A DNA stretch of 32,000 bases from Aeropyrum pernix K1 (GTDB taxonomy: Archaea > Thermoproteota > Thermoprotei_A > Sulfolobales > Acidilobaceae): contig NC_000854.2 in the NCBI RefSeq assembly GCF_000011125.1, positions 1,080,001-1,112,000 of the forward strand. The letters are read 5' to 3'. Within the stretch, counting starts at the first letter, position 1. Every line of letters starts with the position of its first letter. Shown one piece after another: positions 17,608 through 26,760 of this stretch. The notes under the pieces were generated by a model, which searched no databases, was not told the origin of the DNA, and saw nothing but the letters and a program-made list of their open reading frames with translations. The position numbers were made by a program, and so were the translations under genes.

Positions 17608-18140
17608 CATCTCCTACAAGGCTCAGGCACGCCGAGCCCAGCATCTGCCCTATCCCAGAGGATGTTCACAAGAGCCGGAGCTAGACTTGGGGGTGCCGGG
17701 GTAAAGACACGCTCCACAGCCCCCGCCTCGCTGCATAGCCCGCCGCCGTAAACCGCGCCCCTATATATTCCAAGCCTCTCAACTCCAATCCACCTACCCT
17801 CACCCTGCTCCACACAGAGCAGTCTCCCACGGCCCAAGCCGAGAAGGCTGAGAATATGATCGAAACTACCCCGAACTACCGACGCTCCAAGCGGCCTCCC
17901 CCTCAAAACAGCCTTGACCCACCCCTCCAGGCTGTCGGCGTCAGGATAGAGCCTCCTGACCTCGGAGGACCTGACTACAATCCACTTACCCCCGAGCCTG
18001 ACAGCAGCCGACACCCCCTGCCTAACCCCATGGGATAGTAGAAGGCTAGAGGATAGGAATACGCCAGCTTCGAGGGGGCTGCCCGCAGCTCCTATGTGTA
18101 CCCTGCCAACACTCCCACCAGCATCCAACCTAGAGGCCAC
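17604..18140 (-). CDS. Divergent SPOUT-like protein resembling TrmY (DUF358, tRNA pseudouridine-54 N1-methyltransferase family)
   Basis: 178 aa. SLLLSHGVRQGVSAAVRL and SEVRRLYPDADSLEGWVKAVL resemble my recollection of M. jannaschii TrmY (FFLSHDIRRDV..., LKKVSPDERNIAIFIKKAL). The N-terminus is short, and the composition is Gly/Arg/Ala-rich. Confidence 0.4.
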   Translation of the reverse strand: MASRLDAGGSVGRVHIGAAGSPLEAGVFLSSSLLLSHGVRQGVSAAVRLGGKWIVVRSSEVRRLYPDADSLEGWVKAVLRGRPLGASVVRGSFDHILSLLGLGRGRLLCVEQGEGRWIGVERLGIYRGAVYGGGLCSEAGAVERVFTPAPPSLAPALVNILWDRADAGLGVPEPCRRC

Positions 18141-18147
18141 CCGGGCT

Positions 18148-19473
18148 CTATAGCTCCATGCCGAGCCTCCTGAGCAGGCGTTTATCGCGCTTCAGCTTCT
18201 TCATCATAGTCTTAAGGTTCTTGTAGTACACAAGAAGCTCCCTGACGTCATCCACGCTCGTACCGCTACCTATAGCTATCCTCCTCATCCTCCTCTTGTC
18301 AATGATCTCCGGCCTGTCAAGCTCCTCATATGTCATGCTCTCTATTATAGCCATCCACCTCTTCATCTTCTCCTCCCCCAGCTTCAGCGCACCCTCGTCA
18401 ATGCTAGCCAGCATGGAGGCCCCGGGTAGCATCTGGAGGACCTTTCCCAGGGGGCCCAGCTTCCTCATAGCCCTGAGCTGCCTATATATGGTGCGCATCG
18501 TTATCCTCCCCTTCAACACATCCTCGGCAGCCCTGTCAAGCTCGCCTGCCTCCTCAAGACTCTTTATCCTCTCGAGCAGGCTCTCTAAATCGCCCATACC
18601 CAGTATCCTGGCTACGAAGCGTCTGGGGGCGAAGGGCTCTAGCTCTCCTAGCGTCTCGCCCGTGCCTATGAACTTTATCCGGGCCCCCGTAACGGCGGCT
18701 GCGGTCAGGGCGCCGCCTCCGCGGGCTGTTCCGTCCATTTTCGTTACGATTATGCTACCTATAGGGGTTGACTTGTGGAACCTCTCCGCGAGGCCCATAG
18801 CCTTCTGGCCTATGCTCGCGTCTATGACTAGCGCGACCTCGTCAGGCCTCACCTTGGAGGCTATAGCCTTCATCTCATCAAGGAGCCTGGCCTCCTCGCC
18901 GTGTCCGTGGCGGCCAGCCGTGTCTACTATCACTATCTCGGCGCCGCGGCTTAGAAGATCTTCTAGACCCCTCCTGGCTATCTCGGCGGGGTCGCCCTCC
19001 CTCTCCCCGTAAAACATTGCCCCAGCCTCCTCCGCCAGCCTCTTGAGCTGCTCATAAGCACCCGGCCGGTGAGTGTCGCTGCTGACCAGGCCCACTTTAT
19101 AGCCGCGCCTGACGTAGTAGTACGCCAGCTTGCCTGCGGTCGTCGTCTTCCCCGACCCCTGTACACCCACCAGCAGAACAATCCACGGGGTCTTAGGAGG
19201 GTCGACCTGGGGCTCCTGATCACCGCCGAAAAGCTTTACCAGCTCCTCGTATACAATCTTTATCATCCAATCCCTCCTAGTAACCCCCGGGGGAGGCTCT
19301 TCCTTGAGTGCTCGCTCCTTAATCCTCCTCGTAACGTTCAACACTAGCTTCACGTTAACATCCGCCTTTATGAGCTCCCTCTGCAGGTCCTTGACGAAAG
19401 CGTCCACCGCCTTCTCGTAGACCCCTCCCCCTCTTAGGAACTTGGCTACAGCCCTTCTAACACCCTCCATCAT
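18148..19473 (-). CDS. srp54: Signal recognition particle 54-kDa protein
   Basis: GTPase motifs GVQGSGKTTTAGKLA, DTAGRH and TKMDG, plus a Met-rich M domain (GMGDLESLLERI). The conserved archaeal N-terminus MMEGVRRAVAKFL begins at ATG 19473; the listed start at 19575 adds 34 non-conserved-looking codons. Confidence 0.9.
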   Translation of the reverse strand: MMEGVRRAVAKFLRGGGVYEKAVDAFVKDLQRELIKADVNVKLVLNVTRRIKERALKEEPPPGVTRRDWMIKIVYEELVKLFGGDQEPQVDPPKTPWIVLLVGVQGSGKTTTAGKLAYYYVRRGYKVGLVSSDTHRPGAYEQLKRLAEEAGAMFYGEREGDPAEIARRGLEDLLSRGAEIVIVDTAGRHGHGEEARLLDEMKAIASKVRPDEVALVIDASIGQKAMGLAERFHKSTPIGSIIVTKMDGTARGGGALTAAAVTGARIKFIGTGETLGELEPFAPRRFVARILGMGDLESLLERIKSLEEAGELDRAAEDVLKGRITMRTIYRQLRAMRKLGPLGKVLQMLPGASMLASIDEGALKLGEEKMKRWMAIIESMTYEELDRPEIIDKRRMRRIAIGSGTSVDDVRELLVYYKNLKTMMKKLKRDKRLLRRLGMEL

Positions 19474-19682
19474 AGTCCAAGCCAACCCCAGTTTCCTAAG
19501 AGTAGCGTCTACGGGGGATAAAAGGGGAGAGTAGGGCAGCGATCTTAGGGCAAATCTCAAGACTGGTGCTGGCAACCCCGGTATACACGGGGGCTGTGAG
19601 GCCGTTCCGGCGGCTCCGGAGCCGCTGGGGTTACAGCCTCGGCGGCTGTGTGGACCGCTTCGCTGGGCCGAGCTCCTAACCT

Positions 19683-19689
19683 ATATTAG
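19683..19689 (+). promoter_or_regulatory. TATA box of the ribosomal protein operon, within the near-palindrome CCTATATTAGG
   Basis: The sequence tatatta lies 35-41 nt upstream of the rps13 TTG at 19724. Confidence 0.45.
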
Positions 19690-19723
19690 GCCTTCCCCTA
19701 TGTTGGAATACAGGGATTAGGCG

Positions 19724-20176
19724 TTGGCTGGAGAGACCAGCTTCAAATATATAGTCAGGATAGCAGGCGTCGATATAGATGGAGACCTTAAGCTGCCCTA
19801 CGGTCTGGCGAGCATAAAGGGTATTGGATACACAACAGCCATGGCTGTAATCAGGATGCTGGGCCTAGACCCCGAGAAGAAGGTTGGGTTCCTCACTGAA
19901 GAGGAGATTAGAAGGCTGGACGAGGTCCTCAGGGACATAACCCAGCTAGGCCTTCCGAAGTGGCTCTACAATAGGAGGAAGGACTATGAGACGGGCAAAG
20001 ACCTCCACCTCATAGGCAGCGAGCTGATATTCTACGCCAGGAGAGACATCGAGAGGGAGATGAAGATAGGGTCTTGGAGGGGTATAAGGCACAAGTACGG
20101 GCTGAAGGTTAGGGGCCAGAGGACCAGGACTACCGGCAGGCTCGGTATGACCATAGGTGTTAGGAAGAAGAGGTAG
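19724..20176 (+). CDS. rps13: 30S ribosomal protein S13
   Basis: [30 protein letters not shown] and [14 protein letters not shown]. Confidence 0.9.
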   Translation: MAGETSFKYIVRIAGVDIDGDLKLPYGLASIKGIGYTTAMAVIRMLGLDPEKKVGFLTEEEIRRLDEVLRDITQLGLPKWLYNRRKDYETGKDLHLIGSELIFYARRDIEREMKIGSWRGIRHKYGLKVRGQRTRTTGRLGMTIGVRKKR

Positions 20177-20190
20177 GCCGTAGAGGGTGG

Positions 20191-20712
20191 ATGTGGATGG
20201 GCGATCCGAGAAAGCCTAGAAAGAAGTGGGAAGGCCCAAAGCACCCTTGGATAAAAGAGAGGCTAGAGCGTGAGAGGGAGCTAATGGGCAGGTACGGGCT
20301 GAGGAACAAGAAGGAGCTCTGGAAGGCTGAGACGCTGGCTAGGAGGTTCAGGCACAGGGCCAGGAGCCTCCTCGGCCTCCCGCCAGAGGTTAGGAGAGAG
20401 GCTTCCAGGGTTCTCGTCGAGAGCCTGTACAGGATGGGTCTGATAGACAATCCGAATGTAGACATAGACGAGGTGCTGGGTATAAACGCCGAGAAGGTTC
20501 TGGAGAGGAGGCTCCAGACCATAGTGTATAAGAAGGGCCTGGCCAAGACCATATACCAGGCTAGACAGCTGGTGGTCCACGGCCACATAGCCATAGCGGG
20601 GCGGAGGGTAACCAGCCCCGGATATCTGGTCAGCAGGGAGGAGGAGAAGCTAATAGATTATGCCCCTGGAAGCCCGTTTAAGGAGAGGGCGGAGGAGGCT
20701 GCACAGGCGTAA
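20191..20712 (+). CDS. rps4: 30S ribosomal protein S4 (eS9-type)
   Basis: [18 protein letters not shown] and an S4 RNA-binding domain ([17 protein letters not shown]). The start may be ATG 20197. Confidence 0.9.
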   Translation: MWMGDPRKPRKKWEGPKHPWIKERLERERELMGRYGLRNKKELWKAETLARRFRHRARSLLGLPPEVRREASRVLVESLYRMGLIDNPNVDIDEVLGINAEKVLERRLQTIVYKKGLAKTIYQARQLVVHGHIAIAGRRVTSPGYLVSREEEKLIDYAPGSPFKERAEEAAQA

Positions 20713-20728
20713 GAGGGGTGAGTGAGGG

Positions 20729-21130
20729 TTGGCCATGTACCCTAGGGAGCTTAAATGGGGTGTAGCCCATATTTACAGCAGCTTCAATAACACACACGTC
20801 CACATCACCGACCTTACGGGTGCCGAAACGGTAGCGAGGGTGACCGGAGGTATGGTTGTCAAGGCCGACAGGGAGAAGCCCAGCCCCTACGCGGCCATGA
20901 TAGCCGCCAGCAGGGCGGCTCAGAAGGCCATGGAGCGTGGTATAGCTGCTATACACATAAAGGTCAGGGCGCCCGGGGGGCATGGTCCCAAGACCCCGGG
21001 TCCCGGTGCTCAGGCGGCCATAAGGGCTCTAGCTAGAGCAGGCTTCATCATAGGCAGGATAGAGGATGTGACGCCGATACCCCACGACACAACTAGAAGG
21101 CCAGGCGGCAGGAGGGGTAGGAGAGTCTAG
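20729..21130 (+). CDS. rps11: 30S ribosomal protein S11
   Basis: [22 protein letters not shown] and [23 protein letters not shown] at 20729, ATG at 20735. Confidence 0.9.
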   Translation: MAMYPRELKWGVAHIYSSFNNTHVHITDLTGAETVARVTGGMVVKADREKPSPYAAMIAASRAAQKAMERGIAAIHIKVRAPGGHGPKTPGPGAQAAIRALARAGFIIGRIEDVTPIPHDTTRRPGGRRGRRV

Positions 21131-21197
21131 CCGCCTGCTCTCTGGCCTTGTCCTCCACTTGTTTTAGCCTTATGGTTCCGAGGTCCGTGGTTACGGG

Positions 21198-22429
<1,232 letters not shown>

Positions 22430-22458
22430 CCCTAGAGGCTAGGGGATAGTGTGGGGGT

Positions 22459-22929
22459 TTGATGCTGTTGGCCGGCGGAGAGGCTAGGGAGATTGTTGTA
22501 GACGGGTCCGGCATGATAATGGGCCGCCTGGCCAGCGTTGTAGCCAAACTCCTGCTGGCCGGGTGGCGTGTGAATGTGGTGAACGCCGAGAAGATCGTGT
22601 TGAGCGGGGATCCTAGGATGGTTGTCGAGAGTTATAGGACGACAGTACTTGGCGTGAAGAGCCACTTCAGCCATAAGTGGAGGCCCAAGAGGCCTAGAAC
22701 GCCTCAGAGGCTCTTTAAACACGCCGTAAGAGGCATGCTGCCGAAGAACAAGGCGAGGGGGAGGAGGGCTCTCGCGAGGCTCAGGGTTTATGTCGGGGTG
22801 CCCGACGAGCTTAAAGGCAGGGAGTTCGTGAGGTTCCCCGAGGCCGATGCCTCCAGGCTAAGCTCTCACTACATAGAGCTTGGTGCCGTTGCGAGGCAGC
22901 TCGGGTGGAAGGGGGGTGTTGAGAAGTGA
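22459..22929 (+). CDS. rpl13: 50S ribosomal protein L13
   Basis: IVVDGSGMIMGRLASVVAKLLL and AVRGMLPKNKARG. Confidence 0.9.
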   Translation: MMLLAGGEAREIVVDGSGMIMGRLASVVAKLLLAGWRVNVVNAEKIVLSGDPRMVVESYRTTVLGVKSHFSHKWRPKRPRTPQRLFKHAVRGMLPKNKARGRRALARLRVYVGVPDELKGREFVRFPEADASRLSSHYIELGAVARQLGWKGGVEK

Positions 22930-23399
22930 GTAGTGGGCAGGGTATGGCTGTAGAGAGGATAGTGATCTCCACAGGTAAGAGGAAAAGGGCTATAGCAAGG
23001 GCCGTTATAAGGCCTGGCAGGGGTAGGGTCTGGATCAACGGGGTGCCCCTCGAGATATACCCGATCGAGATGGCTAGGATAAAGATGATGGAGCCCCTCC
23101 TGATAGCCGGAGAGGGTGTCAGGAGCCTAGTTGACATCAGGGTTAGGGTCGAGGGTGGAGGCGTTATGGGCCAGGCCGACGCCGTTAGGATGGCTATAGC
23201 CCGCGGTCTCGTCGAGTTCTTCCGGTGCGAGGAGAGCGACGACGAGCTCTGTAGGATGATGGACAAGATAAGCAGGGACCTTAGAACGGCTTTCCTAGAG
23301 CACGATAGGACCATGCTAGTGGGGGACCCGAGGAGGACGGAGCCGGAGAAGTACATGAGGTACAGCGCCAGGAGAAGGTGGCAGAAGTCGTACAGGTGA
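22926..23399 (+). CDS. rps9: 30S ribosomal protein S9
   Basis: GKRKRAIARAVIRPGRG and a C-terminal RRRWQKSYR. Overlaps the L13 stop; ATG 22944 is an alternative start. Confidence 0.9.
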   Translation: MSSGQGMAVERIVISTGKRKRAIARAVIRPGRGRVWINGVPLEIYPIEMARIKMMEPLLIAGEGVRSLVDIRVRVEGGGVMGQADAVRMAIARGLVEFFRCEESDDELCRMMDKISRDLRTAFLEHDRTMLVGDPRRTEPEKYMRYSARRRWQKSYR

Positions 23400-23406
23400 C
23401 GCTGGC

Positions 23407-23640
23407 ATGCTACCGCCAGTCAGGTGTTTCACATGCGGAAGACCCCTGGGCCACCTGTGGCCCAGGTTTAGGGAGCTTGTAGCATCCGGCAAGACGCCTG
23501 GAGAGGCGCTGGACGAGCTCGGCGTAGACAGGTACTGCTGCAGGAGAACACTGTTCACCAGCGTGACATACATAGAGCACGCCGCAAAATATAGGGTCGG
23601 GATACACGTCCCTCCAGAGAGGCTTAAGATGTGGGGGTGA
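23407..23640 (+). CDS. rpoN: DNA-directed RNA polymerase subunit N (Rpb10)
   Basis: MLPPVRCFTCGRPLG...YCCRR zinc-binding pattern; 77 aa. Confidence 0.85.
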   Translation: MLPPVRCFTCGRPLGHLWPRFRELVASGKTPGEALDELGVDRYCCRRTLFTSVTYIEHAAKYRVGIHVPPERLKMWG

Positions 23641-23648
23641 AGTGAGCT

Positions 23649-24266
23649 GTGAGCGCCCAGGTCCGGGAAACGCTAGTCCCCTCAGAACTCTACAGGAAGG
23701 CAGGCGTGATATACGGGACGCAGATATGCACGAGGTATATGAGGCAGTTCGTCCACAGGATACTGCCCGAGGGCTACTACCAGCTGGACTACCTTAAGAT
23801 CGATGAGAGGCTGGCAATGGCTGCCAAGTTCCTCTCAACGTTCGAGCCCGAGAAGATAGCCGTGGTCAGCGTTAGGATCTACGGGCAGAAGCCTGTGAGG
23901 ATGATGTGCGAGAGGGTCGGCTGCAAGGCCATCACAGGCAGGATCATACCGGGGACCTTCACCAACCCGAACCTAGAGCACTATGTAGAGCCTGATGTCG
24001 TCGTGGTTACAGACCCTAGGATGGACAGGCAGGCGGTTGTAGAGGCTAGCAAAGTGGGCATACCAGTGGTCGCCCTGGTGGACACGGATAACAGCATAGA
24101 GAACATAGATCTTGTCATTCCGGCGAACAACAGGGGCAGGAGGAGTCTAGCCCTAATCTACTGGATACTCACCAGGGAGATACTGAGGAGGAGGGGGGTC
24201 CTCAAGCCTGACGAGGACCTGGACGTGAGTTACGAAGAGTTCATGGCGAGGAAGGTGTTCAAGTAG
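23649..24266 (+). CDS. rps2: 30S ribosomal protein S2
   Basis: [32 protein letters not shown]; 205 aa. Confidence 0.9.
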   Translation: MSAQVRETLVPSELYRKAGVIYGTQICTRYMRQFVHRILPEGYYQLDYLKIDERLAMAAKFLSTFEPEKIAVVSVRIYGQKPVRMMCERVGCKAITGRIIPGTFTNPNLEHYVEPDVVVVTDPRMDRQAVVEASKVGIPVVALVDTDNSIENIDLVIPANNRGRRSLALIYWILTREILRRRGVLKPDEDLDVSYEEFMARKVFK

Positions 24267-24360
24267 CAGCTCCCCCCTTTCCTGCATTAGCCCGAGAGGC
24301 TGTTTTAGCTGTCTCGTTTCGCCGATCCCACTCCTCCTTGCCGTGCTAGCCTTGTAGCGT

Positions 24361-24813
24361 CTATTCGGGCATCCGCCTCTCGAAGACCGGTCTCCCCCGC
24401 ACCGTGGGGGGTGCTAGCCAGTCTATAACCTCCCTTACGTTGGGGTGTTCTATGGTTATCCTTATCGCGCCCATAGGGCTCTCATGGTCGCTCGAGACGA
24501 AGCTTAGCCTCCCCTTGTAGGCTGCCTGCTTGTGTAGGTGTATGGTCATCCTGTCGGCCCCCTGCACGCCCTTCTTCATCGCACCTCTCGCTGCATCTAG
24601 TATTCTCTCGGCACGCAGGATGCTGTGTAGCCTGGAGAGGCTGGCTAGGGTCGAGGATTCTCCGACCAGTATCTCGGTGGACCCTATCTTCTCGAACCTG
24701 ACACTCTCAGGCTCCACTACGTTCCTGACGGCTTTTAAAACCTTCTCCCTGTCCTCCGTCGGCCTTACCTCTGCCTCTACAGTAATCCTAACCCTGCTAC
24801 GGGTCCCCTCCAC
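24361..24813 (-). CDS. UPF0201-family protein (predicted RNA-binding, COG1931-like)
   Basis: RITVEAEVRPTEDREKV...ILDAARG...HLHKQAAYKGRLSF...SPMGAIRITI matches my recollection of the archaeal UPF0201 family. GTG 24813 is preferred over 24861, since it cuts the overlap with the upstream gene from 65 to 17 nt. Confidence 0.55.
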   Translation of the reverse strand: MEGTRSRVRITVEAEVRPTEDREKVLKAVRNVVEPESVRFEKIGSTEILVGESSTLASLSRLHSILRAERILDAARGAMKKGVQGADRMTIHLHKQAAYKGRLSFVSSDHESPMGAIRITIEHPNVREVIDWLAPPTVRGRPVFERRMPE

Positions 24814-25372
24814 AGATGGCCACCCTCGCAGCCCTTCTAGCCTCGAACTCCAGGTCCTCAAGGCTCCCAGTATTTACTATTAGATAGTCTGAGAGGGCTA
24901 AAGCCTCACCCACCCCAAGCTCTATGTTGCTCGCGTCCCTCAACTCCAGGACCTCCCACAGAGTCTCGCCAGAACGCCTCCTCCTCATAAGCCTCTCCAG
25001 CCTCTGTTTCCTCGGCGCGTATACGCCTATGATGAACACGCGCCACCCAGCGCGGGCGAGGACCTCTGCCTCCTCAACGCTTCTGAGACCGTCGAGAACA
25101 TAGGATCTTCCAGGCTCGAGCCTCTCGGCTAGAAGCTTGGCTACCGCCGCCCTCCCCAGCTCCTCCCTAAGCATTCTGGCAACCCGCTCGACGTTCTCCG
25201 GCGTGGGCTCGAGCCCCCTCCTCACAGTCTCCTCCCTAACCACGTCACCCATAACCTTGACCTCCAATCCAAGCTCCTCCGCGACAATCCTGGCTACAAC
25301 GCTCTTGCCGCTGCCTGGCAGCCCGGTTACAGCAACTATAAGCCGGTTGGGAGAGGCCAAAGCCTCCATCAC
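24797..25372 (-). CDS. UPF0200-family P-loop nucleotide kinase (dephospho-CoA-kinase/adenylate-kinase-like)
   Basis: Walker A VTGLPGSGKS in 191 aa, in the usual archaeal pairing with UPF0201. The GTG/ATG start overlaps the upstream stop. Confidence 0.6.
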   Translation of the reverse strand: MMEALASPNRLIVAVTGLPGSGKSVVARIVAEELGLEVKVMGDVVREETVRRGLEPTPENVERVARMLREELGRAAVAKLLAERLEPGRSYVLDGLRSVEEAEVLARAGWRVFIIGVYAPRKQRLERLMRRRRSGETLWEVLELRDASNIELGVGEALALSDYLIVNTGSLEDLEFEARRAARVAICGGDP

Positions 25373-26616
25373 CCACGGAACTCCTCCAGGGCTCTGAGAA
25401 GCGCCTCCACATCCTCTCTAGAGTTGTAGAAGTGGATGGAAACCCTGACGCTTCCGGGCCTGACGGACGCCACTATGCCGCGGGACTCTAGGAAGCGGCC
25501 CAGCCTCTCGGGATGCCTATGCCTGAACACCACTATACCGGCCGCCATACCCCTTGGGGTGACCGTCTCTACTCCCATGTCTGTGAGGGAGTCTATGAGC
25601 CGCTTCACCAGCCTCCCGGTATGGCTGGCGTAGAGGCCGGGTGCGTCATACGCTGACAGCATCTTCAGGGATGCCTTGAGGCTTACGAAGGCTATCGCCG
25701 GCCAGGTACCCCACTCGAGCACTTTCGCATCGCTCGCCCTCCTAAACTCCCTCACGTTGAAAGGCCTGGAGAACAGGGGGTCCCCCCTAGCCATCCTCTC
25801 CATCACCGAGTCGTCAATAGCCATCCAGCCCGAGAACATTGGTTCCAGGCTAGGGAGCAGCTCTTCGGAGACGTATGCGAAGCCGCCGCCGTGAAGGCCG
25901 AGGAGCCACTTGTAGCTCCCGGTGAACGCTGCGTCGAGACCGAGCTTCTTCACATCGATGGGGTATACGCCTGCTGCGTGGAATACGTCGCTCACCATAA
26001 GCGCGCCGTGGCTGTGGGCCAGCTCGGCCAGGGTTCTGAGGTCCTCCCTACACCCTGTTATCCAGGATACCATGTCTACGTACACTATGGACGTGCTGTC
26101 GTCGATAAGCCTCTCGAACCCATCCAGGCCGACGCAGCCGTCGGAGGCCGAGGCTATCCTGACCTCGCGTATAAGCCCTCTCCTGGCCATGGCGTGGAAC
26201 GTGTAGACGCCCGTTGGGAAGTTCGTCTCGCTCACGACAACGTTGGAGTCTGGCGGGAGCTTCAGGCTAGATAGGAAGGCGTTGAGACCATATGTGACAC
26301 CGGGGACGGCTGCAACCTCCTCGACTTTAGCCCCAACCATCTGGGCGAAGAGCCTCCTAGACTCCAGTATATCATCTAGAGCTTCGCCCCAGGGCTCCCC
26401 CTCGCTATTCCACAGCTCGAGGAAGCCCTCAACAGCATCCTTTACATCAAGTGTGAGAGGCCCGGCGCCGGCAGTGTCGAGATAAACTTTTCTGGAAAAT
26501 ATGGGAATACGCTCTCTAACCTCCCTAAGCCAGGATCCGTCCAAAGCGTGCCACACCCCAGAGGCCTGAACACTATTGTAAAAGGGTTTGAGCTGGAAAA
26601 TAGTTGTCAGGATCAC
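25369..26616 (-). CDS. Class V PLP-dependent aminotransferase / cysteine-desulfurase-like enzyme
   Basis: 415 aa. VYLDTAGAGP, DVFHAAG and TGSYKWLLG (PLP-Lys block) are typical of fold-type I class V enzymes. Confidence 0.7.
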   Translation of the reverse strand: MILTTIFQLKPFYNSVQASGVWHALDGSWLREVRERIPIFSRKVYLDTAGAGPLTLDVKDAVEGFLELWNSEGEPWGEALDDILESRRLFAQMVGAKVEEVAAVPGVTYGLNAFLSSLKLPPDSNVVVSETNFPTGVYTFHAMARRGLIREVRIASASDGCVGLDGFERLIDDSTSIVYVDMVSWITGCREDLRTLAELAHSHGALMVSDVFHAAGVYPIDVKKLGLDAAFTGSYKWLLGLHGGGFAYVSEELLPSLEPMFSGWMAIDDSVMERMARGDPLFSRPFNVREFRRASDAKVLEWGTWPAIAFVSLKASLKMLSAYDAPGLYASHTGRLVKRLIDSLTDMGVETVTPRGMAAGIVVFRHRHPERLGRFLESRGIVASVRPGSVRVSIHFYNSREDVEALLRALEEFRG

Positions 26617-26760
26617 ACTAACTCCAGTGTGCAGGCGAGTCCAAATGCATGCCGCGGCACAGCTTTATAAGATCTCGTTTTCCTTACGAGTGTGGCTTGT
26701 AAAAGAGTTTTACGACAAAGCAGTCTGAAGGAAGGGTGGGACAGTGAGAGGAGGGGGGCG

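Noticed and set aside
18296-19012. 238-aa plus-strand ORF antisense to SRP54
   Set aside because: It lies wholly inside a confidently identified gene. Its Ser/Pro/Ala-rich low-complexity translation is typical of stop-poor antisense frames in GC-rich coding DNA.
19474-19575. 34-codon N-terminal extension of SRP54 in the ORF track
   Set aside because: The conserved SRP54 N-terminus MMEGVRRAVAKFL starts at 19473. The extension runs into the probable promoter and looks non-conserved.
19596-19679. 27-codon GTG-initiated basic ORF (VRPFRRLRSRWGYSLGGCVDRFAGPSS) in the SRP54/rps13 spacer
   Set aside because: It has no SD-like element or plausible promoter. Its composition reflects GC-rich palindromic DNA, so RNA structure or protein binding is the better explanation.
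22811-23356. 181-aa minus-strand ORF across the L13/S9 genes
   Set aside because: It is antisense to two ribosomal protein genes and has low-complexity composition.
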